DNA of 64,000 nt, from positions 30,855 through 94,854 of the forward strand of contig JBGPPL010000007.1 in assembly GCA_041488495.1 (NCBI GenBank), in the 5' to 3' direction. Positions 1-9,782 of the stretch are shown here, in pieces. The notes beneath the pieces are model-generated. The model ran no database searches and was not told the origin of the DNA. It saw only the letters and a list, made by a program, of their open reading frames with translations. Origin of the DNA: Terriglobia bacterium (GTDB lineage Bacteria > Acidobacteriota > Terriglobia > Acidiferrales > UBA7541). Both the position numbers and the translations under genes were made by a program. Position 1 is the first letter of the stretch, and each line of letters opens with the position of its first letter.

Positions 1-711
1 CGTTTCGAGGAATGTTTTGTCACATTCGGTTTCCGCCAGAGGCATGAGCAGCGCCGCCGCCCCCGCCGCATCGCCGTTCCGAAGCAGGCCTTGAGCGTAG
101 AGCAGCGCTGCACTACGATCATTGGGCAGGAACTCATGCGCACGAGCAAACAGCCTGAGGGCCTCCGCATCATCGCCGGCCGTGAGCTGGCCCGCACGCA
201 AATATCCCTGGGCTGCCGCCGCCGCGTTTCCCATGCGCTCGGCGAGTTCGGCCACGGCGACGTGCCGGTCGCGGTTCTCCGGATCCAGTTGCGTGATGCG
301 CACGAAACATGCGAGCGCATCTTCCCCTTTGCCGCTGAGCTCGAATGCCATCGCCGCGGACATGAATTGTTCGATGGCTTCCTCGGTGCGGTTCTGCTTT
401 TGCAGCAGGAGCGCGTATCGCGCCACGCGCTCAGGCGGCTGATGATGCGGTTTCAGAAAACGTGCGTACAGCGCCAGGGCTTTTAGCTCCTCGCGCGGGC
501 CGGTAAACCGGTCGAACAGCATCCCGTAGTAGATTCCCGCCCGGTCAAATTGATTCTGGCGCGTATACAGATCGCCCAGCGCCTGTACGGACTCCAGGTG
601 GTTCGGAGCCGCCGAAAGCACGGACTGGTAGGCTTCAATCGCGTCCGCGAACTGGTTCTTCTCGATGTAACGCTTCGCACGTTCCAACTGTTTGATGATG
701 TCCACGCTCAT
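1..711 (-). CDS. TPR-repeat protein, N-terminal part (gene runs off the left edge of the window)
   Basis: This ORF is absent from the ORF track because it has no stop codon inside the window. Reading the reverse complement from the ATG at 711-709 gives MSVDIIKQLERAKRYIEKNQFADAIEAYQSVLSAAPNHLESVQALGDLYTRQNQFDRAG... The frame stays open to position 1 (237 codons). It shows repeated helix-pair patterns typical of TPR. Confidence 0.6.
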   Translation of the reverse strand, partial: MSVDIIKQLERAKRYIEKNQFADAIEAYQSVLSAAPNHLESVQALGDLYTRQNQFDRAGIYYGMLFDRFTGPREELKALALYARFLKPHHQPPERVARYALLLQKQNRTEEAIEQFMSAAMAFELSGKGEDALACFVRITQLDPENRDRHVAVAELAERMGNAAAAAQGYLRAGQLTAGDDAEALRLFARAHEFLPNDRSAALLYAQGLLRNGDAAGAAALLMPLAETECDKTFLET

Positions 712-1043
712 GAGGGCTCGGACGGTTTCCTTTGTGAATTTGCGACCGCAGACATGCGGACCGGGCGTGCCAAGACCAAAAAACACTATATACTGTCCCG
801 CCTTCGCGTGCCAAACCGTTCCCATGGCTCTGCTTTCATTTATCAACTCCGAGGTCCAAAGCAAGCGGCCGCGATCCTGGCAGGCCGCCTTTCGGGGCGA
901 AGCCACTTGTGGCACACTGATTGGTTCCGCAATGGATGAGGGATAATGGCGGGCGGCAGCCGCGGGATTCAGTGTGCCAATGGGCCGCCAAGTAGAGGAG
1001 AAATTTCATCGGCGCAAGACGTTTTGCGGCGGCGGGCTGACTG

Positions 1044-2852
1044 ATGGACCCACGTTTCGTCCGTAATTTTTGCATCATCGCGCACATTGACCACGGCAAG
1101 TCTACGCTGGCCGACCGCCTGCTTGAGCTGACCGGCGCCCTCAGCCAGCGCGAAATGAGCGCGCAGGTTCTGGACTCGATGGACCTCGAACGCGAGCGCG
1201 GTATCACCATCAAGGCCAAGAGCATTCGCCTGCACTACACGGCGAAGGACGGCAACGAATACCAGCTCAATCTGATTGACACTCCCGGCCACGTTGATTT
1301 CTCGTACGAAGTCTCACGCGCGCTTTCCGCCTGCGAAGGCGCCCTGCTGGTCGTGGACGCGAGCCAGGGCGTCGAAGCGCAGACCGTCGCCAACACGTTC
1401 CTCGCGGCACAGCACAATCTCACGATCATTCCGGTCATCAACAAGATTGATCTCCCCAACGCGCAGCCCGAGGAAGTGAAGGCGCAGATCGAAAACGTGC
1501 TGGCGATTCCCGCCTCCGACGCTCTGTTGATCAGCGCCAAGAGCGGGCTTGGCGTGGAATCCGTGCTGGAAGCCGTGGTGGCACGCGTTCCTCCGCCGAC
1601 GGGCACCGCAGAAGCGCCGCTCCAGGCGCTCATCTTCGACTCCTGGTTTGATGCCTTCCGTGGCGCCGTGGTGCTGGTGCGCGTCATGAACGGCCGGATC
1701 ACGCGCCACATGAAGATTCGCCTCTGCTTCAACAACGAGGTTTACGAAGTCGAGGCGCTCGGGGCGCTGACGCCCAAACCGGTCGTGCTCGATGAGCTTG
1801 TCGCCGGAGACGTCGGCTTCATCGTCGCCAATATCAAGCGCGTGGCCGACGCCCGCGTGGGTGACACCGTCATCGAAGCCGCGCGCCCCGCCCCGGCGCT
1901 GCCGGGATTCGAAGCGATCAAGCCCATGGTCTTCGCCGGCCTCTTCCCCGTGCTCGCCAGCGATTACGAAAACCTGCGGGATGCCCTGGGCAAGCTGCAA
2001 CTCAACGACGCGGCCTTCTTCTACGAGCCGGAAAATTCCGTCGCGCTTGGCTTCGGTTTCCGCTGTGGTTTCCTCGGCCTGCTCCATATGGAGATTGTGC
2101 AGGAGCGGCTCGAGCGCGAATTCAGCATCAATCTGATCACCACCGCGCCCAGCGTGCGCTACCGGATCACGACTACAGCCGGCGCTGTCGTCGAGGTGGA
2201 CAGTCCCACCAAATTTCCTCCGCCGAACGAAATGGCGAAGATCGAGGAGCCGGTGATCACGGCCATGATCATCACAGCGGAGGATTCGGTCGGCGCAATC
2301 TTGAAGCTCTGCGAAGAAAAACGCGGCGTGCAGAAAAACTTCGAGTATCTGTCGCCACAACGCGTCATGCTTACCTACGAGCTCCCGCTCAACGAAATCG
2401 TGCTCGATTTCTACGACCGCTTGAAGAGCGCCTCGCGCGGCTACGCATCGCTCGACTATCACCTCGCGGGCTACAAGGAAGCCGATCTGGTGAAGCTGGA
2501 CGTTTTGGTTGCAGGCGAGCCGGTCGACGCGCTTGCGCTCGTCTGCCACCGCGAGTTCTCCTACGAGCGCGGCCGCGACCTTGTCACACGCCTGCGCAAG
2601 CTGATCCCGCGCCAGATGTTTGAAGTCCCAATTCAGGCCACGATCGGCAGCCGCGTGATTGCGCGCGAAACCGTCGCGGCGATACGCAAAAACGTGCTTG
2701 CCAAGTGCTACGGCGGCGACATCACGCGCAAGCGCAAGCTCCTCGAGAAACAAAAAGAAGGGAAAAAGCGCATGAAGCGCGTCGGCCGCGTTGACATCCC
2801 GCAGGAAGCCTTCCTCGCCGTACTGAAAGTCCACGGCACGCCCGACGAGTAA
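1044..2852 (+). CDS. lepA: Elongation factor 4 (LepA), translational GTPase
   Basis: The 602-aa ORF has the G1 motif AHIDHGKST, plus DTPGHVDF and NKID. The LepA-specific C-terminus is present ([25 protein letters not shown]). Confidence 0.97.
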   Translation: MDPRFVRNFCIIAHIDHGKSTLADRLLELTGALSQREMSAQVLDSMDLERERGITIKAKSIRLHYTAKDGNEYQLNLIDTPGHVDFSYEVSRALSACEGALLVVDASQGVEAQTVANTFLAAQHNLTIIPVINKIDLPNAQPEEVKAQIENVLAIPASDALLISAKSGLGVESVLEAVVARVPPPTGTAEAPLQALIFDSWFDAFRGAVVLVRVMNGRITRHMKIRLCFNNEVYEVEALGALTPKPVVLDELVAGDVGFIVANIKRVADARVGDTVIEAARPAPALPGFEAIKPMVFAGLFPVLASDYENLRDALGKLQLNDAAFFYEPENSVALGFGFRCGFLGLLHMEIVQERLEREFSINLITTAPSVRYRITTTAGAVVEVDSPTKFPPPNEMAKIEEPVITAMIITAEDSVGAILKLCEEKRGVQKNFEYLSPQRVMLTYELPLNEIVLDFYDRLKSASRGYASLDYHLAGYKEADLVKLDVLVAGEPVDALALVCHREFSYERGRDLVTRLRKLIPRQMFEVPIQATIGSRVIARETVAAIRKNVLAKCYGGDITRKRKLLEKQKEGKKRMKRVGRVDIPQEAFLAVLKVHGTPDE

Positions 2853-2897
2853 GGAACCCTTCCCCGCGCATCAGTCGGCGTCAGGTGAATAGAATTG

Positions 2898-3248
2898 TCA
2901 CTGCCGAACGCTTTTCAGCCATCCAAGAAATGAGACGACTGCCAGAAACGCGCCCGAGATCAAATAATAAAATAAGCCTGCAGCCCCGTACCAAACCACC
3001 AAGATCCAAGGAAGCCCAACCATAAGCAAGAAGGAGTACACAAGTTTTGGCCCCCAGCGGAGCCACCATACATTGCCGAGGGATGTTCTAAGCAATCGCC
3101 CTCCGCACAACAAAATTCCTAGACAATTCAAACCCAAAACCGCTGTGGTGAGAAGGACTCTGAGATATGTATTGACCTGTTCCTGCTCCTGAAAAGTCCG
3201 ATTCTCGAAAACTGATGTCATAACGAGGTTGGCCTCACAGCGACCCAC
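2898..3248 (-). CDS. Hypothetical small membrane protein (about 3 predicted TM helices), atypically low GC
   Basis: The 116-aa ORF may instead start at M10. It has hydrophobic segments LLTTAVLGLNCLGILLCGG, LVYSFLLMVGLPWILVVWYG and GLFYYLISGAFLAVVSFLGW. My hand count over 2941-3240 gives about 49% G+C against about 63% in the neighbours. I recognise no family. Confidence 0.4.
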   Translation of the reverse strand: MGRCEANLVMTSVFENRTFQEQEQVNTYLRVLLTTAVLGLNCLGILLCGGRLLRTSLGNVWWLRWGPKLVYSFLLMVGLPWILVVWYGAAGLFYYLISGAFLAVVSFLGWLKSVRQ

Positions 3249-3251
3249 TAC

Positions 3252-4631
3252 CTAATCCTTCGGGAATTCTCTTCTGCGGACTTCCGCGCCCAGGCGCCCA
3301 CGCGCGAGTTGCACGTTGACTTCGGCGCCGATGGCCACCTGATCCGCTGCGCGCAGCACATTTCCATCGGCATCAGTGCAAATGGCGTAGCCACGCTCGA
3401 GCACGCGCAGCGGGCTGCGTTCCTCAAGTTGCAAGCGCAGCCGCTCCAGTCGTTGAATCTTACCGACCAGCTGACGCTCCATCCTCACGCCCAATTCTGC
3501 CGAGCGCTGAACAAGCCTCAAGCCAAGCGTTCCGATTCTCGCACGAAGGTCGAACGACAAGATGCGCGTCCCGGCAATCGTATAGCGGTGGCGCAGCCGC
3601 TCGATCCGTCCCTGCAGCGCAACTCCGAGCCGCGACGTCAGCTCATCGGTCTGCTGCCGGTGCCGTCGCAACAAGTCTTCCAGCCGGCGGAACCCCATGT
3701 GCGTCGCAAGTTCTTTCAGGTGATGCCGCCACTCGAGCAGCAGATAACGCATTTGTTGCGAGATTTTGTGTTCCAGCTCCTGCAGGTGGCGCTGGAACTC
3801 CTGCCGCGACCGCACGACGATTTCCGCGGCCGCCGACGGCGTGGACGCGCGCACGTCCGCCACAAAGTCCGCGATCGTAAAATCGGTTTCGTGGCCGACG
3901 CCGCTCACAACGGGAATCGCGCAGGCGGCAATTGCGCGCGCCACGGCCTCCTCGTTGAACGCCCACAGGTCCTCGATCGATCCCCCGCCGCGCGCCAGCA
4001 GAATCACGTCCACCAGTTGTTTGCGATTGAAATATTTGAGCGCCGCGACGATATCTTCCGCCGCGCCATCGCCCTGCACACGCACCGGATATACGATCAA
4101 GTGCAGATTCGGAAATCGCCGGCGGAGAATGCGAATAATGTCCCGCACGGCCGCGCCCTTGGGCGACGTCACCACGCCGATGCGCCGCGGCAGCATGGGA
4201 AGCGGCTTCTTGCGCGCTTCGTCGAAGAGTCCTTCGGCCTCGAGGCGTTTCTTGAGCTGCTCGAACGCGAGTTGCAGCGCGCCGACTCCCGACGGCTCGA
4301 TGTGTTCTACATAAATCTGATATTCGCCGCGCGGCTCGTACACGCTGATCGACCCGCGCACGATCAGCATCAGTCCGTCCTCGGGACGGAACTTCAGACG
4401 CATCGCCTGGTTGCGGAAGCAAACGCACTTCACCTGCGCCTTGGCGTCCTTGAGAGTGAAGTAAAGATGACCGGATTGCGCGGCGTGGTAGTTCGAAACT
4501 TCGCCCTCGACCCACAGATTCGAGAATTGCGTGGCGAGAACATTGCTGATCCGCGCCGTCAGCTCCGTCACGCTCCAGATTTTTCGTTCCGGCGCGAGGT
4601 TTAGTTCGAATTGCGTTATTTCTTTAGCCAT
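3252..4631 (-). CDS. xseA: Exodeoxyribonuclease VII large subunit
   Basis: The ORF 3252..4784 was trimmed to M52 (MAKEITQFELNL...). It has an OB-fold N-terminus (EGEVSNYHAAQSGHLYFTLKD). The catalytic core is GVVTSPKGAAVRD...ARGGGSIEDLWAFNEE. The C-terminus is a long coiled coil. Confidence 0.9.
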   Translation of the reverse strand: MAKEITQFELNLAPERKIWSVTELTARISNVLATQFSNLWVEGEVSNYHAAQSGHLYFTLKDAKAQVKCVCFRNQAMRLKFRPEDGLMLIVRGSISVYEPRGEYQIYVEHIEPSGVGALQLAFEQLKKRLEAEGLFDEARKKPLPMLPRRIGVVTSPKGAAVRDIIRILRRRFPNLHLIVYPVRVQGDGAAEDIVAALKYFNRKQLVDVILLARGGGSIEDLWAFNEEAVARAIAACAIPVVSGVGHETDFTIADFVADVRASTPSAAAEIVVRSRQEFQRHLQELEHKISQQMRYLLLEWRHHLKELATHMGFRRLEDLLRRHRQQTDELTSRLGVALQGRIERLRHRYTIAGTRILSFDLRARIGTLGLRLVQRSAELGVRMERQLVGKIQRLERLRLQLEERSPLRVLERGYAICTDADGNVLRAADQVAIGAEVNVQLARGRLGAEVRRREFPKD

Positions 4632-4867
4632 TGGACCAGCCACACGACCAGCATGAGCACCACGCTCAGCAGAATACACGTCACCACGGGGAAATAGAAT
4701 GAGCCGTGCTTGCCCTGGTACGCGATATCGCCGGGCAGACGTCCGAGCCGCAGCGGCAGACCCCCTGGTCGCGCGGCCAGCCACACCAGCGCTCCAATCG
4801 CCGCCAGCGCCGCTCCCGCGAAGACCAGCATTTTTCCGAGTTCGCGCATAGGTTCCATCGCTTCCAT
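4616..4867 (-). CDS. DUF2905-family small membrane protein
   Basis: The ORF 4616..4942 was trimmed to M26. It has two TM segments and the GRLPGDI...GSFYFP motif typical of DUF2905. Its 3' end overlaps the xseA start by 16 nt. Confidence 0.6.
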   Translation of the reverse strand: MEAMEPMRELGKMLVFAGAALAAIGALVWLAARPGGLPLRLGRLPGDIAYQGKHGSFYFPVVTCILLSVVLMLVVWLVQWLKK

Positions 4868-4937
4868 TCTACCGATCTTAGCAGGAAGAGGGTTCCGCAC
4901 TAACTTATTGGGGAACAATTCAGAAAAATCTAAGACA

Positions 4938-4990
4938 GTCATTCCGAGTCACAGTGTGCTGGCAACCCGGAATGAAAGCGGATTTCATTT
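4938..4990. repeat. Miniature copy of the gtcattccgag palindromic repeat family; two overlapping hairpins downstream of ndk
   Basis: In gtcattccgag-N18-cccggaatg, the arm cattccg (4941-4947) pairs with cggaatg (4968-4974). A second hairpin aatgaaa-gcgga-tttcatt lies at 4971-4989. On the minus strand this region follows the ndk stop and precedes a T-run (agattttt). Confidence 0.4.
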
Positions 4991-5002
4991 CGAACGAATC
5001 CG

Positions 5003-5422
5003 TTACAGCAGCTCGTAGCCGGCGAAAAAATAGCCAAGTTCGAATACGGCTGTACCCGGGGCGTCCGAACCATGCGTGCAATTGTTCCCGATGCTGGTGC
5101 CGAGGTCGCGACGGATCGTGCCCGGCGAGGCTTTGGCAGGATCGGTAGCGCCCATCGTTTCGCGCCACTTGCCAATCGCGCCTTCGGCTTCAAGCGCTAG
5201 CACGACCACCTTTCCTGAACTCATGAACTCAGTCAGCTCGCCGAAGAAGCCTCTTTCGCGGTGCACCGCGTAGAAACCTTCGGCCTCTTTGCGGGTGAGA
5301 TGCATCGACTTGATTGCGACAATCTGAAATCCAGCCTTATTGATTCGTGAGAGGATCTCCCCGGTCAGCCCGCGCCCTACGGCGTCCGGCTTGATGATAG
5401 CCAGCGTGCGTTCAATACCCAT
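5003..5422 (-). CDS. ndk: Nucleoside diphosphate kinase
   Basis: The 139-aa ORF starts [12 protein letters not shown] and contains the active-site motif NCTHGSD. Confidence 0.97.
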   Translation of the reverse strand: MGIERTLAIIKPDAVGRGLTGEILSRINKAGFQIVAIKSMHLTRKEAEGFYAVHRERGFFGELTEFMSSGKVVVLALEAEGAIGKWRETMGATDPAKASPGTIRRDLGTSIGNNCTHGSDAPGTAVFELGYFFAGYELL

Positions 5423-5493
5423 TCAGTTCTTCTCCGTTGTCGTGATATATCGGCAGGCCACTCGCGCCTCCTGCCTCCTTGCTTCCCTGCCTC

Positions 5494-6366
5494 TTATTTC
5501 TGAATCGCAGCGGCCAAAGTCGAGCCGATATCAGCCGGGCTCTGGACGGTGTGAATTCCTGCCGCAGCCATTGCCTTGTACTTCTCTGCCGCGGTGCCTG
5601 CTCCGCCGCTGATGATCGCGCCTGCGTGACCCATACGGCGGCCCGGCGGCGCGGTTTGTCCGGCGATCAAGCCCACGACGGGCTTCTTCACGTTGGCCTT
5701 GATGTACGCGGCGGCCTGCTCCTCGGCGTTGCCTCCGATTTCGCCGATCATCACGATGGCGTGCGTCTCCGGGTCCTCGTTGAAAAGCCGAATTGCATCG
5801 AGGAACGTCGTCCCAATAATCGGATCGCCGCCGATCCCGATGCACGTGGACTGGCCAATCCCCAGCCTTGTGAGTTGGTCCACAGCTTCGTACGTCAGGG
5901 TCCCGCTGCGACTCACCACGCCGACATTTCCCTGCTTGTGAATCCTTCCCGGCATGATCCCTATCTTGCATTTCCCCGGCGAGATGATCCCCGGACAGTT
6001 TGGCCCAATCAGGCGTGTCTTCGAATACTTGACCACCGCAGCCACGCGGACCATGTCCAATGTCGGAATGCCCTCGGTGATGCAGATGACCAGCGGTACT
6101 TCGGCATCGAGCGATTCAAGAATAGCGTCCGCGGCATAAGGTGGCGGCACAAAAATCAATGATGCGTCCGCACCGGTCTCGCGGGCAGCATCCGCCACAG
6201 TGTTGAAAACGGGCACATCGAGGTGCTTCGTGCCTCCCTTGCCGGGAGTCACGCCAGCGACCACTTTGGTGCCGTATTCAATCATCTGCTGCGCGTGGAA
6301 GCCGCCTTCACGCCCGGTCAGGCCCTGGACGACGACACGCGTCTTTTCATTCACAAGAATACTCAT
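5494..6366 (-). CDS. sucD: Succinyl-CoA ligase (ADP-forming) alpha subunit
   Basis: The ORF 5494..6561 was trimmed to M66 ([21 protein letters not shown]). It contains SRSGTLTYE and the phosphohistidine loop MGHAGAII. Its start overlaps the sucC stop in an ATGA arrangement. Confidence 0.95.
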   Translation of the reverse strand: MSILVNEKTRVVVQGLTGREGGFHAQQMIEYGTKVVAGVTPGKGGTKHLDVPVFNTVADAARETGADASLIFVPPPYAADAILESLDAEVPLVICITEGIPTLDMVRVAAVVKYSKTRLIGPNCPGIISPGKCKIGIMPGRIHKQGNVGVVSRSGTLTYEAVDQLTRLGIGQSTCIGIGGDPIIGTTFLDAIRLFNEDPETHAIVMIGEIGGNAEEQAAAYIKANVKKPVVGLIAGQTAPPGRRMGHAGAIISGGAGTAAEKYKAMAAAGIHTVQSPADIGSTLAAAIQK

Positions 6367-7532
6367 CGCGCAACCCCGGCTAGCTTCACGATTTTCTGCG
6401 CTCCATCCTTCATTCCTTGCGCGATCGTGAATCCCAAGCCCGACTGTCGCAAGATCTCCTGTCCTTTTTCCACGTTGGTCCCTTCCATGCGGACTACGAC
6501 CGGCATCTTGATATTCAATTCCTTCGCCGCGGCCACGACGCCGCTTGCCAAAACGTCGCACCGCAGGATGCCGCCAAAAATATTGATGAACACGCCCTTG
6601 ACGTTCGCGTCGCTCACCAGAATCTTGAATGCGTTCTTCACCTGCTCGGCCGAAGCGCCGCCGCCGACATCCAGGAAATTCGCCGGCGAGCCGCCCGAGA
6701 GCTTGATGATGTCCATCGTGCCCATGGCGAGGCCCGCGCCGTTGACCATGCAGCCGACGTTGCCGTCGAGCTTGATGTAATTCAGTTTGAAGTTCGACGC
6801 TGCAACTTCCAGCGGATCTTCCTCGTTCAAATCGCGCAGCTCGGCGATATCCTTGTGCCGGTAAAGCGCGTTGTCGTCAAACGCCATCTTCGCATCGAGC
6901 GCGACCAGCTTCCCGTCACCGGTCACGATCAGCGGATTGATTTCCGCGAGCGACGCGTCCGTTCCAAGAAATGTGCGGTAGAGCCCCTCCAGGAACGCCC
7001 CCGCGGCACTAGCCGCGTCGCCCGAAAGCCCCAGGCCGAATGCCAGCTTGCGCGCATGGTAGGGCTGCAGCCCGGTCGCAGGAAAAATCGTCTCGCGCAG
7101 AATCAATTCCGGGTTCGTGTGCGCCACTTCTTCGATCTCGACTCCGCCAGCCGTGCTCGCCATCACCACCGGCGCCGCTACCGCGCGATCCACGAGAATA
7201 CTCATGTAAAGTTCGCGCTTGATGTCGAGCCCTTCCTCAATCAGCAGCCGCTGGACGATGCGCCCGCCCGGACCCGTCTGCGGAGTCACAAGCTTCATGC
7301 CCAGGATCGCCTTCGCCAGATCGGCAGCCTCCGCCGGCGATTTCGCCAGCTTCACGCCGCCGGCCTTGCCGCGGCCTCCCGCGTGGATCTGCGCCTTCAC
7401 GACGACGACTTTTGTCCCTAGCCGCTCTGCCGCAGCACGCGCCTGGTCCGGAGTCGTGACCATCTCGCCGCGTGGCGTCGGTACGCCGAACCGCCGGAAG
7501 ATTTCCTTGGCCTGATATTCGTGGATCTTCAT
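6363..7532 (-). CDS. sucC: Succinyl-CoA ligase beta subunit
   Basis: The 389-aa ORF starts [18 protein letters not shown]. It has the ATP-grasp motif [16 protein letters not shown] and the motif [14 protein letters not shown]. Confidence 0.97.
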   Translation of the reverse strand: MKIHEYQAKEIFRRFGVPTPRGEMVTTPDQARAAAERLGTKVVVVKAQIHAGGRGKAGGVKLAKSPAEAADLAKAILGMKLVTPQTGPGGRIVQRLLIEEGLDIKRELYMSILVDRAVAAPVVMASTAGGVEIEEVAHTNPELILRETIFPATGLQPYHARKLAFGLGLSGDAASAAGAFLEGLYRTFLGTDASLAEINPLIVTGDGKLVALDAKMAFDDNALYRHKDIAELRDLNEEDPLEVAASNFKLNYIKLDGNVGCMVNGAGLAMGTMDIIKLSGGSPANFLDVGGGASAEQVKNAFKILVSDANVKGVFINIFGGILRCDVLASGVVAAAKELNIKMPVVVRMEGTNVEKGQEILRQSGLGFTIAQGMKDGAQKIVKLAGVAR

Positions 7533-7715
7533 CGCCCATCCATCAGTGCTAGAATTTGTGTGCAGTCGAAACCCAGAAGTTTATAGGGAACGCGCGAGTC
7601 AGGCAAGCGAAAGGAACCTAGTGAGTTTGCGGAAAATGCCATGTGTGAGCAGCACGGCCTGCCGCTTGCGGCCGGCCGCGAGGCCCCAACAAGGGCGCGG
7701 ACCCGTGTCTTCGTG

Positions 7716-8735
7716 ATGCAGATTCTCATCGAGAAAGCGGAAGCCGGGACCCATCTTTCGCGGCAGGAAGCCGAAACCGCGATGGAGGAGATTCTCTCCG
7801 GGCGCGCCGGGGAAGACTCGATCGTAGCTTTGCTGGCCGCGCTGCGCACCAAGGGCGAAACGGTTGAGGAGTTGGTTGGCTTCGCCCGCGCGATGCGCCG
7901 CCACGCTACGCCGATTTTCAGCGACGCATCTTGTCCCGATGAGCTGCTGGTGGACACCTGCGGCACGGGCGGCGACGCTTCGGGCACGTTCAATATCTCG
8001 ACTACCGCCGCTTTCGTCGCGGCGGGCGCAGGGGTGCGCGTCGCCAAACACGGCAACCGCTCCATTTCCTCGAAGTGCGGCTCGGCAGATGTGCTGGAAG
8101 CGCTGGGGATTTCGCTCGACGTTTCGCCGGAACGCGTTGGCACGGCCATCAAGGAAATCGGCATCGGGTTTCTCTTTGCCCCGGCCATGCACACGGCGAT
8201 GCGGCACGCCATGCCGGCGCGACGCCGCCTCGGACGCACGGCGTTCAATCTGCTCGGCCCTCTGACTAATCCAGCCGGCGCGCGTGCGCAGGTTGCCGGC
8301 GTCTTCTCCGCTGAGGTGGTGGAAAAAGTGGCGTACGTGCTCGCCGAACTCGGCGTCGAGCGCGCGTTCGTCGTGCATGGCGCCGGCGGTCTCGACGAAA
8401 TTTCTCTTGCCGGCGAAACGAAAGTGGGCGAGGTGCGCGGCGGCGTGGTGCGCCTCTACGATGTCACGCCCGAAGACTTCGGCCTCGGTCGCGCGCCGAT
8501 TTCCGCGATCTCCGGCGGCGATGCCACATACAATGCGGGACTCATCCGCGCGATTCTCGCCGGCGAAGTTGGCCCACGCCGCGACATCGTTATAGCCAAC
8601 GCCGCAGCCGCGCTCGTCGCCGCCGGGCGCGCCGGAGATTTTCTCGAAGGCGCGCTCCTCGCCGCCGAATCCATCGATTCCGGCGCCGCTCGAATGAAAC
8701 TCGACGCCCTCATCGCTTTCACACCCAGAGCGTAG
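7716..8735 (+). CDS. trpD: Anthranilate phosphoribosyltransferase
   Basis: The ORF 7641..8735 was trimmed to M26 (MQILIEKAEAG...), and 7641 remains an alternative start. It contains DTCGTGGDASGTFNISTTAAFVAAGAG and KHGNRSISSKCGSADVLEALG. Confidence 0.9.
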   Translation: MQILIEKAEAGTHLSRQEAETAMEEILSGRAGEDSIVALLAALRTKGETVEELVGFARAMRRHATPIFSDASCPDELLVDTCGTGGDASGTFNISTTAAFVAAGAGVRVAKHGNRSISSKCGSADVLEALGISLDVSPERVGTAIKEIGIGFLFAPAMHTAMRHAMPARRRLGRTAFNLLGPLTNPAGARAQVAGVFSAEVVEKVAYVLAELGVERAFVVHGAGGLDEISLAGETKVGEVRGGVVRLYDVTPEDFGLGRAPISAISGGDATYNAGLIRAILAGEVGPRRDIVIANAAAALVAAGRAGDFLEGALLAAESIDSGAARMKLDALIAFTPRA

Positions 8736-8805
8736 CGTTACGAAGCACAACCGCGCGATCGACACCCAACCAAGGCCCTAACGGGATGCGGAAAAGGGCC
8801 CCTGA

Positions 8806-8940
8806 CTCTGTCATTCCGAGCCCCGGCAGGGGCCGGGATAAACTCCGCGAGGAATCCCCCTTCGAAAGAGGTCAAGAAAAAGAGAGACTCCTCGTCGCTT
8901 CGCTCCTCGGAATGACGCGCAAGGTCAGTTTTTCCGCACC
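8806..8940. repeat. Left copy (~135 bp) of a composite palindromic repeat; inverted partner at 9783-9919
   Basis: The sequence ctctgtcattccgagccccggcaggggccgggataaactccgcgaggaatc...gactcctcgtcgcttcgctcctcggaatgacgcgcaaggtcagtttttc is itself an imperfect palindrome (cattccgag...ctcggaatg). The reverse complement of 9783-9919 matches it nearly base for base outside the central loop. Confidence 0.8.
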
Positions 8941-8960
8941 TTGCTAGGGACCGGAGCCGC

Positions 8961-8989
8961 TTGACCCGCCAGGCAATCCGTCGAATAAT
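8961..8989 (+). promoter_or_regulatory. Sigma-70-like promoter candidate for the nuclease gene
   Basis: TTGACC lies at 8961-8966, followed by a 17-nt spacer and AATAAT at 8984-8989. This is 27 nt upstream of the GTG start at 9016. The call rests on pattern match only. Confidence 0.35.
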
Positions 8990-9015
8990 CGCGCGATGTT
9001 ACGGAGCCTGAATCT

Positions 9016-9774
9016 GTGCCCAGTTTTTCACACAGCAAGCTAACGACGTACGAGCAGTGCCCGCAAAAATACAAGTTCCGTTATATTGACGAAATTCCTC
9101 CCCCGATACGAAGCATCGAGCTTCATCTTGGAGATTCCGTCCATCGAGCGCTCGAAAAACTGTACGCAGATGCCATGCAAGGTCAGACTCGCTCGTGTGA
9201 CGAAATTCTCGCCTTCTATCAACGAAAGTGGGATGAAGGCTACACGCCCCAAATGCGAATTGTCAGATCGGGGACCACTGCCAGAACGTATCTGGAATAT
9301 GGGCGTCAAATGTTGCTGACGTACCACCGGAGATTTTATCCGTTCACAGAGTCCACAACGCTGGAGTTAGAACAAAAATTCGTGTACCCGCTCTCTGAAA
9401 ACCAGGAACTTCGAGGCATCATCGACCGGCTGGCAAGAGCCGGAGACGGCTCGCTGGAAATTCATGACTACAAAACTTCGCGCAGACTACCCAACTCTTC
9501 GCAAGTCACTTCCGATACGCAACTCGCCTTGTATGAACTAGCCCTTAGACATCGATGGCCTGATAGCCAGCGCATTACCTTGATTTGGCACTACCTTGCG
9601 TTCGACAAAGATATTTCGATTGCGAAGACGCTCCAACAACTGGAAACGATTAAGCGGAATACTTTAGGCCTCATCAAGCGGATCGAGTCAGCGGCGTCCT
9701 TTCCCACTCAAGTTACTCCCCTCTGCGACTGGTGTGAGTACAAAGCGATTTGTCCTGCCATGAAGAAATTGTAG
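9016..9774 (+). CDS. Cas4/RecB-like PD-(D/E)XK nuclease with a 4-Cys (Fe-S type) signature
   Basis: The 252-aa ORF has a GTG start. The N-terminus FSHSKLTTYEQCPQKYKFRYID is typical of the PDDEXK_1 family. The nuclease motifs are IIDRL...EIHDYK...QLALYELAL. The cysteines are C15 plus C237-X2-C240-X5-C246 (CDWCEYKAIC). My hand count of the first 120 nt gives about 48% G+C. Confidence 0.85.
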   Translation: MPSFSHSKLTTYEQCPQKYKFRYIDEIPPPIRSIELHLGDSVHRALEKLYADAMQGQTRSCDEILAFYQRKWDEGYTPQMRIVRSGTTARTYLEYGRQMLLTYHRRFYPFTESTTLELEQKFVYPLSENQELRGIIDRLARAGDGSLEIHDYKTSRRLPNSSQVTSDTQLALYELALRHRWPDSQRITLIWHYLAFDKDISIAKTLQQLETIKRNTLGLIKRIESAASFPTQVTPLCDWCEYKAICPAMKKL

Positions 9775-9782
9775 AACTAGCT

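Noticed and set aside
910-925. A sigma-54-like motif TGGCAC-N5-TTGG lies upstream of lepA.
   Set aside because: The conserved GC of the -12 element is GG here. No enhancer-binding protein context is visible, and lepA is a housekeeping gene. I treat the match as chance.
1314-2834. A 506-aa ORF lies antisense to lepA. Similar long antisense or alternate-frame ORFs occur at 3309..4604, 7599..8765, 27796..28761, 46728..47900, 53190..55298, 60293..61843 and 61671..62504.
   Set aside because: All of them overlap genes with unmistakable family motifs on the other strand or frame. Their translations are Arg/Ala/Gly/His-rich with no recognisable domains. This is the expected stop-codon-poor antisense artefact of high-GC DNA.
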